A stretch of DNA of 64,000 bases from Armatimonadota bacterium (GTDB lineage: Bacteria > Armatimonadota > SYMT01), in assembly GCA_041690135.1 (NCBI GenBank), contig JAWLHY010000016.1, positions 32,001-96,000 of the forward strand. Direction: 5' to 3'. Shown piece by piece: positions 48,690-57,140 of this stretch; the stretch's first letter is position 1; the number at the start of each line of letters is the position of its first letter. The position numbers were made by a program, and so were the translations under genes. The notes beneath the pieces are model-generated. The model was not told the DNA's origin. It worked only from the letters and a program-made list of their open reading frames with translations, and did no database searches.

Positions 48690-48800
48690 ACCACGAAGGC
48701 GGGAAGGACACAAAGAAGGCGTTAAGAAGCCCGAGGGGCATTGTTGAACCCTTGCTCTGAATCGATGCCTTGGCGGTCGGCGAATGTTCGTCTTCGTGGT
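48690..48800. repeat. Intergenic element with terminal inverted repeats
   Basis: ACCACGAAGGCGGG ... TTCGTCTTCGTGGT: 9 bp perfect, extended by wobble pairs. Confidence 0.5.
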
Positions 48801-49061
48801 ATCAACCTTTCCCCAGGAGGTCCGGCAGCATTGCTGCCGGACCTCTGTCCTGTGTGGTCGTTCGAGCCGTCAGCGATCCCCATGACCCGCCAGGCGATGG
48901 GCGGGGTGCGAGGGCTTGGATTGTTGCCGTGAGCCCGGCACTGGTGTGAAAGCCGGTACCTCCACGCTCCCCACTTTCAGATGCCTCCGAAGGAGGCAAG
49001 GGGACGGCTCTTTGAGAACATCTGCGTATCCGGAGCTCTCGCCCCCTCGTTATCGATTCCT

Positions 49062-50273
49062 ATGACCGAAACCGCCCGTTCCGAAGAAGAGGATCGTCCC
49101 CGGCCGGAGAAGCACGCTCCCGTGGTCGTCTCCTCCGGGTTGACCTACCGGGATCTCCAGCGCGCGATCTTTCTGGCGTTCAGCCTGTTCGTCGTCTGGC
49201 ACCTGGCCGAACCACTTACCACGCTGCTGCTGTTCTTCCTGCTCGTCTTCATCCTGGCGGCGGTGATGAACCCGATCGTCGTAGCACTACAGCGCCGGGG
49301 CGTGCCGCGCATTGCCAGCGCGGTGGGTGTGGCACTCCTGGTAGTGGTCGGCATGGTCCTGCTCAGTTGGATGATGTGGCAGCCGCTGTTGAGCGAATTG
49401 ACCCGGTTCGTGGGCACCTGGGACCAGAAGCAGCAGCAGTTGGAGGGCTATTATTACCAGTTCCGAAACCAATACCCGGAGTTGGCCGACCAACTGCCGC
49501 CCGCGAACGCCATCTTCCAGAACCTCTCACCGAGCATCGGACGGCTGGCCGGCATGTTGGGGCGCTACACCGTCAACGCGATGGTGGGCATCGGCTCGCT
49601 GTTTCTGCTCCTCATCCTGGTGATCTACGCGGTGGCTCAGCCCGCGCCGATGCTCGCGGGGCTCCTCACGGCTACCCCGGAGCGGTACCGCGAGCGGATG
49701 GACCGCGCCCTGCGCCGGATTCTGGAGCAATTGAAGAACTGGGCGTTCGGGTCGCTGGTCCTCGGGATCATCGTGGGGGTCGTCTCCGGAGTGGGCCTGC
49801 ACCTACTCGGGGTGCCTAACGCCCTGCTGTTCGGGATCATCGCGGGGATCGGCGAACTGATCCCGAACATCGGCCCCATCCTGTCCGCGGTTCCTCCCCT
49901 GCTGGTGGCGCTGGGTGTGGATCCCAAGCTGGCCATCGGGGTGGCGATCCTATTCATCGCGATCCAGCAGGTGGAGAACGCCGTGCTGGTACCGCGCGTG
50001 ATGGGCCAGATGCTTAACCTCCATCCGCTCTCCGTCATCTTCACGGTGATGGTGATGGGCGTGCTTTTTGGGCTCCTGGGGGCCGTAATGGCGGTACCCG
50101 TCTGCGCGATCGTTAAGGTCTGCTACGAGGAGTTCGTCATCGCACCGCAGGGCATCAACCCCGACAAGATGCTGGCGAGTGCCGATGACATCGTGGCCAA
50201 TGCGGCGACCCCCGGACCGGCCGTACCGAAACCCGTGGAAGAAGTGGAGCAAACAACCGACCGCCAACTGTAG
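49062..50273 (+). CDS. AI-2E family transporter
   Basis: LIPNIGPILS, IQQVENAVLVPRVMG..LNLHPL, GLLGAVMAVP. Confidence 0.92.
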   Translation: MTETARSEEEDRPRPEKHAPVVVSSGLTYRDLQRAIFLAFSLFVVWHLAEPLTTLLLFFLLVFILAAVMNPIVVALQRRGVPRIASAVGVALLVVVGMVLLSWMMWQPLLSELTRFVGTWDQKQQQLEGYYYQFRNQYPELADQLPPANAIFQNLSPSIGRLAGMLGRYTVNAMVGIGSLFLLLILVIYAVAQPAPMLAGLLTATPERYRERMDRALRRILEQLKNWAFGSLVLGIIVGVVSGVGLHLLGVPNALLFGIIAGIGELIPNIGPILSAVPPLLVALGVDPKLAIGVAILFIAIQQVENAVLVPRVMGQMLNLHPLSVIFTVMVMGVLFGLLGAVMAVPVCAIVKVCYEEFVIAPQGINPDKMLASADDIVANAATPGPAVPKPVEEVEQTTDRQL

Positions 50274-50352
50274 TATTTCATGAACTCGTGGGAACCCTGC
50301 CGGTGAGCAGAGGGTCCTCTCCCGTAAAGCCACCGCATCCAACGGGAGTGAG

Positions 50353-52620
50353 TTGTATATGGTAGGTCGGACGATCGATCGCTACACCCTGGTGGAGAAA
50401 CTGGGCGCCGGGGGGATGGGCGATGTCTATAAAGGACACCACACCTCACTCGACCAGTACCGGGCCATCAAGGTTTTGCCGGCACACCTGTCGCGCAACC
50501 CGGAACTGGTCGAGCGTTTCATGCGCGAGGCCCGGCGCTACGCCGGTTTGAGTCACCCCAACATCGTACGCGTGGAGCACGTGGGTGATCAGGACGGGAC
50601 CCTGTTCATGGTCCTGGACTACGTTCCCGGTGAGAGCCTGCGCGGGATCATCGACGACCGCGGCGCCGTCCCCCTCGATCGCGGAATCTCTATCGCTGTC
50701 CAGGTCTGCGAAGCCCTCGCACACGCGCACGAGCGGGGTATAATCCACCGTGATGTCAAACCCTCCAACGTGCTCATCGCGGCGGAGCGAGGCAGCGACC
50801 GGGTCGTGCTGACCGATTTCGGTATTGCGCGCGGCCTGGGACCGGAAGAGCCGGGTCTCACTGGCGCCGGAATCACCGTCGGGACGCCGGAGTACATGTC
50901 TCCGGAGCAGATTCGCGGCGAGCCGCTGGATGGCCGCAGCGACCTCTACTCGCTAGGGGTTGTGCTCTACGAGATGTTCACCGGAGAACTCCCCTTTGCG
51001 GCCCGCTCCAAGACCAACGTGAAGCGGATGCATCTGGAGAAGGCGCCGGACCCTCCGCATTTCCTGGTGCCCGACCTTCCGCACGCGCTCGAAGCGTTGA
51101 TACTGCGCGCTCTGGAGAAAGACCCGAACCGGCGGTACGCTTCCGCACAGGCGATGGTGGAAGCATTCTCCGCACTGCGGGCCGCGTCGCTGGACGAGAG
51201 TGCTCCTTCAGCACACTCCGGATCCGGCAGCTATGGATGGCCGCCGGTAGGGATCTCACCCGAACCTCCCGAAGACCCGGCCCCGTCGCGTGCGACCCTC
51301 TTCGCGCACACCCGGCGCCGCAGCGAGCGGGACACGTACGACGAACGGCCCACACCGGTGGAACAGGATACCCTGGGAGCGGCGGCCACCGTCGCCGGGG
51401 GCCAGTGGGGCCTCCCGCCGCGCGCCGACGCAGGAAACGCCCCAGCCTTCCGCCTACCGCGGATGCCGGCCTGGACCCACCGCCTTCCGCCGCTGCCGGC
51501 ATACGCACCCATTGCCGCAGGGGCTCTGCTGATCGGGCTAAGTGCCGGGCTGTTGCAGGCCCTCGGAACTGGGGCGGCCGCCGACCGCTTCGGCGCGGAG
51601 AAGCGAGTAGATCCGCGCACCGGCAAGGAGTTCGGCGTGGTGCTGGCACATGGCATTCCGTTATTCGTGCTCACCCGCCCCGAGGGCGACTTGTCGCCCG
51701 CACAGCGCGCCGAACGCACGGCCCACAAACTCACGGAGATGCTCCGGGGCAGGAACGGTAAAGCTCTGGGGCCGGAGATGGTGAGCGCCGTAGTCAATGG
51801 CCGCGGCGAGACCGTTCTCGCCCGGAAGGGCACCGCCGGGAAGGAACCCGATCCCGACGACGTGATTGTGACCGTGGAATCGGACACCGCCGATGCCTAT
51901 ACCGGTACGGACCGGGCCTCACTAGCTACCTGGTGGCGCGACATACTCCGAGATCACCTCCGGTTGGCCCAGGGAAAGCCGCCGGTGTCCACCTTCGAGA
52001 GCCAGCATGGCCGGATCCTGGACCGAGTCCACCAGGAGGTGGAGGATGAGCGGACCGGCGACTGGATTCCCGCGGGAGAGATCCGAAAGGCATTCGATGA
52101 CCTCTCCGAACCGCACCGGGAGGCGCTGCAGACCGCCTGGCGGACGGTGCCCAAGGCATGGACCCATGGAAACGTCGGGTTGCCCGTTCAGGCCGGCCTG
52201 GTCGCGGTGCCCCGCCAGAACGTTTCCGTTTCCGACGCAGACCCCGGGTATTCTGGGCGCAACGCCATCGACAACAACGGCTCCTCCGCATGGCAGGCGA
52301 AGCACGGCACTCGCTACCGGGGCTGTGGTCATTGGATCAAGGTCCACGTGCCGACCGGTTATCGGGTGGCGGAGGTGCACCTGCAAGAAGGCTCCCGCGC
52401 CCGCCCGCAGTTCCAGCTCCGTCTGAAGCAGGCCAAAGTGACTCTTTCGGACGGCTCGACGCATCGGATCTGGCGCGAGAGCCCTTCCGATCCCCTGCGG
52501 CTGACTATGCCCGGGCGAGCGACCCGTTGGGTCAAGATCGAAGCGGAACGGTACTTCCGGCATCCCAACCCTCACGACTCCCATCTCTATCTTTCGGAAG
52601 TGAAGCTGTGGGGGAGGTGA
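50353..52620 (+). CDS. Membrane Hanks-type Ser/Thr kinase with C-terminal discoidin-like domain
   Basis: LGAGGMG, AIK, HRDVKPSN, DFGIA, GTPEYMSPE; one TM segment; C-terminal GRNAIDNNGSSAWQA...LSEVKLWG. Confidence 0.9.
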   Translation: MYMVGRTIDRYTLVEKLGAGGMGDVYKGHHTSLDQYRAIKVLPAHLSRNPELVERFMREARRYAGLSHPNIVRVEHVGDQDGTLFMVLDYVPGESLRGIIDDRGAVPLDRGISIAVQVCEALAHAHERGIIHRDVKPSNVLIAAERGSDRVVLTDFGIARGLGPEEPGLTGAGITVGTPEYMSPEQIRGEPLDGRSDLYSLGVVLYEMFTGELPFAARSKTNVKRMHLEKAPDPPHFLVPDLPHALEALILRALEKDPNRRYASAQAMVEAFSALRAASLDESAPSAHSGSGSYGWPPVGISPEPPEDPAPSRATLFAHTRRRSERDTYDERPTPVEQDTLGAAATVAGGQWGLPPRADAGNAPAFRLPRMPAWTHRLPPLPAYAPIAAGALLIGLSAGLLQALGTGAAADRFGAEKRVDPRTGKEFGVVLAHGIPLFVLTRPEGDLSPAQRAERTAHKLTEMLRGRNGKALGPEMVSAVVNGRGETVLARKGTAGKEPDPDDVIVTVESDTADAYTGTDRASLATWWRDILRDHLRLAQGKPPVSTFESQHGRILDRVHQEVEDERTGDWIPAGEIRKAFDDLSEPHREALQTAWRTVPKAWTHGNVGLPVQAGLVAVPRQNVSVSDADPGYSGRNAIDNNGSSAWQAKHGTRYRGCGHWIKVHVPTGYRVAEVHLQEGSRARPQFQLRLKQAKVTLSDGSTHRIWRESPSDPLRLTMPGRATRWVKIEAERYFRHPNPHDSHLYLSEVKLWGR

Positions 52621-52627
52621 TCGTCAG

Positions 52628-52667
52628 GTGTTCGGGTCTTCGGGTGTTCAGGCGTTGGGGCATTCAG
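52628..52667 (+). repeat. Octamer-period simple repeat
   Basis: GTGTTCGG GTCTTCGG GTGTTCAG GCGTTGGG GCATTCAG; echoed near 52789-52803. Confidence 0.6.
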
Positions 52668-52820
52668 GCCCCCCTGTGGGGCGTAACCGTTGGGTGGTCA
52701 GGCCCCCTGCGGGGGATCTCACCCAAGTCCCAGAACAACCCGATCGCGGGCAGTCCAACTGCCCGCGATCGAATTTCCTAACAGCATCGTTCGGGCGTTC
52801 AGGTCGCCGGGTTTGAGGAG

Positions 52821-54902
52821 TTGGGACGTCTTAATCCTATGCAGGTCATCAATTCCGCTAACGTAGGAATGGAGCCGGAACTGGGGCTGGAGGGCGGGCA
52901 GGAGGTTGGGGCCTCCGCCCGGCTGATCGTCGGGCGAGAAGCGGGCGTTGATCTGCGGTTCCCCCATCCGGAGGTTTCGCGCCGGCACGCCGTGCTTCTC
53001 CGCACTGAAACAGGAGACTACCTCCAGGATCTCGGCTCGGCCAACGGCACCCGGGTAGGTGGACTGTTGCTCCGCCCGGACGAACGGCATCTGCTCTTTG
53101 ATGGTGACTCTGTGCACCTGGGCGGTCTCGCTCTCACCTACCGGGCAGGAGCTCTGGTCGAGGCGCCGGCATCGCAGCCGGAGGAGATCCGGAGCGTGCG
53201 CGTGGACGTGCGGAACCTCCGGCAGGTGGTGCGGCGTCGCGGCCGGGAGTTGGTGCTGCTGGATAATGTCTCGTTCTCGGTCTATCCCCGTGAGGTGGTG
53301 GGCATTGTCGGGGCGAGTGGGGCGGGAAAGTCGACCCTCGTCAACGCCCTGAACGGAATGCGTCCGGCGGTGGAGGGATCGGTCCTTTACAACCACCTCT
53401 CCTTCTACGCGGACCCGGAAGCGTTCCGCGGGGTGATCGGCTACGTGCCGCAAGAGGACATCGTCCACCGGCAGCTCTCCGTCGCGAGCGTGCTGCGATA
53501 CGCTGCCGAACTCCGCCTGCCGCCCACTACCCCTCCCGCCGAGATCGAGGCGCGCCTGGAGGCGGTCCTGGAAGAGTTGGAGCTGACCCACCGGCGCGAG
53601 GCCATCGTCGCCACGTTGAGCGGTGGGGAGCGCAAGCGGGTGAACATCGGGGTGGAGCTCTTGACCCGGCCCAGCCTGCTCCTGCTGGATGAGCCGACCT
53701 CCGGCCTCGACCCCGGTCTGGAGCGCCGCGTGGTGGGCCTGATCCGGCGACTGGCGGAAGAGGGACGCACCGTCCTCTTCGTAACACACGCCACCGAAAG
53801 TATCTCGCAGTGCGATCTTGTATTGTTCCTGGCGCCTGGGGGACGTGTGGCTTTCTACGGTCCACCGGCCGCAGCGCTGGAGTTCTTCGGAGTCGACGAG
53901 TTTGCCGAGGCCTACCTGAAACTGAACGTCGACCGTGATACGGAAGGCGGCAACCCGTGGCCCGAACGGTTCCGTGCCTCTGCGTATTACGAGACATACG
54001 TGGTGGAGCGGGGGCATACCGCCGGACGCTCGCCGGAGGAGCCGTCCTATGCCGCGCGCCTGGAACGACGCCCCACCCTTTCCCCCACCCGGCAATTGAC
54101 GTTGTTAGGCCGGCGCTACCTGGAGGTGATGAAAGGGGACCGCCGCAACCTGGCGGTGTTGCTGCTTCAGGCTCCGCTCATCGCCGGGATCGTGGGGGCG
54201 ATCTACCCGCACAACGTGTTCACCGACGATCTGCCCAGGTCCGCCGGCGCCGCCCCGCCCGTGAGGGACGCCGGGGAACTGCTGTTCCTGCTGGTCATCG
54301 CCGCGTTGTGGTTCGGCACCGTCAACTCCGCGCGTGAAATCAGCAAGGAGCGGACGATCTTCCTGCGCGAGCGACTCGCGGGGCTGCGGGTGTGGCCTTA
54401 TCTTCTCTCGAAAACGGGGGTGCTGGGCCTTCTGTGCCTGCTTCAGGCCTTCTTCCTGCTGGCCGGGGTGGGCGCGCGGATCGACTTCCACGTGGAAGGC
54501 GCCGCGTGGTGGCAACTCTACGGCGTACTCACCCTGGCGTCGCTCGCGGCCACGATGCAGGGCCTGGTGCTCTCTTCCTTCTCGAATTCCACAGACCAGG
54601 CGGCCAGTCTCGTGCCGCTGGTGCTCCTGCCGCAGGTCATCTTCTCCGGCATGCTGCTCGGCCTGGACGATCTCGGACCGTTCCGCGCGGTGGCGAACGT
54701 GATGCCGGGCCGGTGGGTGTACGGCGGACTGGCCGCGCTGACCCGGCTCCCCGACCTTTATGCGGATACCGGCATCTCCCGCGCCGTGAAGGATGTTTTC
54801 TATACCGATCCCCTGGCGGCCATGGCTGCGCTGACGGTGATCTCTCTGGCGTGTCTGGTCGCTGCCGCCATGGCCCTCACTGCTCGCCAGTCTGCTCGCT
54901 AG
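52821..54902 (+). CDS. FHA-domain ABC transporter ATP-binding/permease fusion (Rv1747-like)
   Basis: FHA GR...VSRRHA...DLGSANGT; GASGAGKST; LSGGERKR; ABC-2 TM region REISKERTIFLRER. Start 52821 (TTG) or 52839 (ATG). Confidence 0.92.
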   Translation: MGRLNPMQVINSANVGMEPELGLEGGQEVGASARLIVGREAGVDLRFPHPEVSRRHAVLLRTETGDYLQDLGSANGTRVGGLLLRPDERHLLFDGDSVHLGGLALTYRAGALVEAPASQPEEIRSVRVDVRNLRQVVRRRGRELVLLDNVSFSVYPREVVGIVGASGAGKSTLVNALNGMRPAVEGSVLYNHLSFYADPEAFRGVIGYVPQEDIVHRQLSVASVLRYAAELRLPPTTPPAEIEARLEAVLEELELTHRREAIVATLSGGERKRVNIGVELLTRPSLLLLDEPTSGLDPGLERRVVGLIRRLAEEGRTVLFVTHATESISQCDLVLFLAPGGRVAFYGPPAAALEFFGVDEFAEAYLKLNVDRDTEGGNPWPERFRASAYYETYVVERGHTAGRSPEEPSYAARLERRPTLSPTRQLTLLGRRYLEVMKGDRRNLAVLLLQAPLIAGIVGAIYPHNVFTDDLPRSAGAAPPVRDAGELLFLLVIAALWFGTVNSAREISKERTIFLRERLAGLRVWPYLLSKTGVLGLLCLLQAFFLLAGVGARIDFHVEGAAWWQLYGVLTLASLAATMQGLVLSSFSNSTDQAASLVPLVLLPQVIFSGMLLGLDDLGPFRAVANVMPGRWVYGGLAALTRLPDLYADTGISRAVKDVFYTDPLAAMAALTVISLACLVAAAMALTARQSAR

Positions 54903-55000
54903 CCGGATAGAGGATGTCGTCTTCCGTGGAGGCACCTTCGCGGGCCTCGGCCGCGTCGGAAATCGGAAACAGGCCGCGCTGGGCGGCCCTGGAGTGGCGG

Positions 55001-55435
55001 TTAGCGATCGAAGGCGTGACGGATCGCTTCAATCCCCAGCGGCACGAGCACTCCCGCTACGGCGCCACCGCAGATCCCGAACTGCACCAGGAACGCCTGC
55101 ACCGGCGGATGGCCGGCGAACAGGGGGCAGAGGGCCCAACTGTAGATCCAGCCCACCAGCGCTCCGATGAGCATGGACAGCGAAATGCGGGATCCGAGAG
55201 TCGGCAGCGGTGCGGCGAGGCATCCCATCAGGAATCCACCTGCAAGACCCGGTGGGATGCCGAAGCCGGCAAACAGCCCGAAGACCAGCACATAGCCCAG
55301 CAGCGGGCTGGGCTCCGGTACGCCGGCCAGAGAGGGGCCCCGCAGGGTGATGAGCCCAAAAGCACTGATCAGGGCGCCGGTGACGATCCCCACGAGAGTC
55401 CAGGCCACGATCTGGGCGGTGCGCTGGGTGTCCAT
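55001..55435 (-). CDS. Hypothetical membrane protein
   Basis: Four Gly-rich hydrophobic helices; GGAGG RBS. Confidence 0.65.
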   Translation of the reverse strand: MDTQRTAQIVAWTLVGIVTGALISAFGLITLRGPSLAGVPEPSPLLGYVLVFGLFAGFGIPPGLAGGFLMGCLAAPLPTLGSRISLSMLIGALVGWIYSWALCPLFAGHPPVQAFLVQFGICGGAVAGVLVPLGIEAIRHAFDR

Positions 55436-55530
55436 ACGACCTCCGGAACCGGGCAAGGAGAAGCTGCCCTACTGGATTGTAGCGTAGGTTGACGATTGCC
55501 GCCAGAATCGGGCTCGCACTTCAGATAGGG

Positions 55531-55568
55531 ATTGCAAACTCAAAAGCTTGAAATTTCAAGTTTGCAAT
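55531..55568. terminator. AT-rich hairpin after the secreted hypothetical gene
   Basis: ATTGCAAACT...AGTTTGCAAT perfect 10-bp inverted repeat, overlapped by the palindrome CTTGAAATTTCAAG. Confidence 0.45.
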
Positions 55569-55570
55569 TT

Positions 55571-56032
55571 TCAATTTGGTACTTTCAGCGACGGGAGGTC
55601 TGGACCCTTTGCCGGCGGGATGACCAGCTTCTCCAGCTCCATGCGGGGTGAAGCGAGGTTGAACTCTACCTGGAACCGGTTGGCGTGGGCATCGTGACCC
55701 ACGCGCCAGTCACACGTGGCATCCAGCTTCTTGAAGCTGACGGACACCGTGGCGCCGGGACATTCGGCGAGTTCTTCCAGGAACATGCTGGCGGCTCGGG
55801 TCTCGCCCTGGTAACAGAGGGACGTCCAGGAGTTGATGAAATGACCGCTGACGAATTTGGTGTCTTTGCGGTTCAGGACGGCCATCACTTTCTTCTGGGC
55901 CTCCGCCGGATAGCCGGCGGAGAATGCCACCCCCGGCCGGTCGAGCTTGCCCGCCAGTGCCCAGGCCGGCATTGCCAAACCCAGCGCAACAGCCGTAACC
56001 GCCCCGACCAGCCACCTCTTCGCACCGCCCAT
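55571..56032 (-). CDS. Hypothetical secreted protein
   Basis: Signal peptide ending AWA; GGGAAGG RBS; GC-typical codons. Confidence 0.7.
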   Translation of the reverse strand: MGGAKRWLVGAVTAVALGLAMPAWALAGKLDRPGVAFSAGYPAEAQKKVMAVLNRKDTKFVSGHFINSWTSLCYQGETRAASMFLEELAECPGATVSVSFKKLDATCDWRVGHDAHANRFQVEFNLASPRMELEKLVIPPAKGPDLPSLKVPN

Positions 56033-56168
56033 TTTACACCTCCCTCTCGAAGCGCGAGCTCATGAATGCCGTGTGCAGGATCCCGACCCCGGCACGTTAT
56101 TCGCAGTTTGGATGCACGAGAGGGGTCGGGGGTTACACCTGGGAGATGCCCGGCAGGCGAATTGGGCC

Positions 56169-56197
56169 TTCGCAGCCGGGAAAGCCCATGCTATAAT
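56169..56197 (+). promoter_or_regulatory. Sigma70 promoter for tRNA-Lys
   Basis: TTCGCA-N17-TATAAT with extended -10 TG. Confidence 0.7.
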
Positions 56198-56236
56198 GGC
56201 CGGGCGCCGCGGGAGGGATACCGTCCGTAGCGCAAT

Positions 56237-56309
56237 GAGCCGGTAGCTCAGTCGGTAGAGCAGTGCCCTTTTAAGGCATTGGTCCTGGGTTCGAGTCCCA
56301 GCCGGCTCA
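56237..56309 (+). tRNA. tRNA-Lys(TTT)
   Basis: GAGCCGGTAGCTCAGTCGGTAGAGCA-GTGCC-CTTTTAA-GGCAT...GGTTCGAGTCC-CAGCCGGCTCA. Confidence 0.95.
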
Positions 56310-56346
56310 TTTCTGCATTGTGCCATTCCGAATCAGGAGTGAAGTG

Positions 56347-56664
56347 ATGACTCTGGTCCTTCACTTGCCGCCCGTCACGGAGCGGAAGCTCCAGGAACTG
56401 GCGTCCCAATCGGGTCAGGATGTGTCCGAGTACGCACTCGGTGTCATCCAAACTCACCTTCACGCGTGCTCGGATAGTGAGAGCAGCGAAGCCGATGACT
56501 TCTTCCAGCAGGCAGTCACTCGACTGACGGAGCGAACCCCGGAACAGTTGGCAGGTGCTCGCGAAGCGTCGAAGCGCTTCATCCGTCCCGGAAAGCCGCT
56601 ACCGCAGGGCGCATCGGTTCTGGATGTTGTTTTCGGTAACTGGCCGGCTTCTCCTGACGTCTGA
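56347..56664 (+). CDS. Putative antitoxin-like protein (RHH-like N-terminus), C-terminus possibly truncated
   Basis: MTLVLHLPPVTERKLQELASQSGQDVSEYA; AGGAG RBS. Confidence 0.55.
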   Translation: MTLVLHLPPVTERKLQELASQSGQDVSEYALGVIQTHLHACSDSESSEADDFFQQAVTRLTERTPEQLAGAREASKRFIRPGKPLPQGASVLDVVFGNWPASPDV

Positions 56665-56740
56665 TCAAGACTTCGACCACCTGTCTCCCCTCTTTCTTGA
56701 GCGGGAGTACATCCCGGAGAAGCGTGACCTTTCTGGTTAG
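56636..56740 (+). pseudogene. C-terminal remnant of a PIN/VapC toxin
   Basis: VTGRLLLTSDQDFDHL resembles the PIN C-terminal L.T.D.DF motif; no start codon or N-terminal part. Confidence 0.55.
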
Positions 56741-56760
56741 GTTCCAGTTCACGCGACCAG

Positions 56761-57019
56761 GCCGGTAGTCATACAGCTCGAATTCGGCGGTTTCGGGGGA
56801 GGCGCCGGGGACCTTCCACTCCACCAGGCGATAGCGGCCCGTGCGGGTAGCGCTTTCCACGCAGTCCCCGCGGGGGAAGCGGTGGTAGGCTTGGTCTCGG
56901 ACCGTCGACTTGGGTCTCGCAAGACCGGCGCCATGCTCAATCCGTCGATCGACTGCGGCCCCTTCAGTGCGAGAAGGCCGGCGAGGCTCCGCCAGTGTCG
57001 GGAACACATCTATGGTTTC
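56761..57019 (-). pseudogene. Decayed duplicate of the 3' part of the sulfatase at 60241-60500
   Basis: ETIDVFPTLAE / KGPQSIDGLSMAPVLRDP / AYHRFPRGD...RYRLVEWKVPGASPETAEFELYDY, broken by frameshifts. Confidence 0.85.
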
Positions 57020-57140
57020 CCCATCCTGGCGCTGTTTTCGGGTGTCCTGACTCGCCGCTTCTCCTGGGGAGGAGGCGAGGCCAATGCTGTGCAAGTCAAC
57101 CTTGCCGGTTACCCACTCGCCGCCCTGGGAGGTTGCGCCT

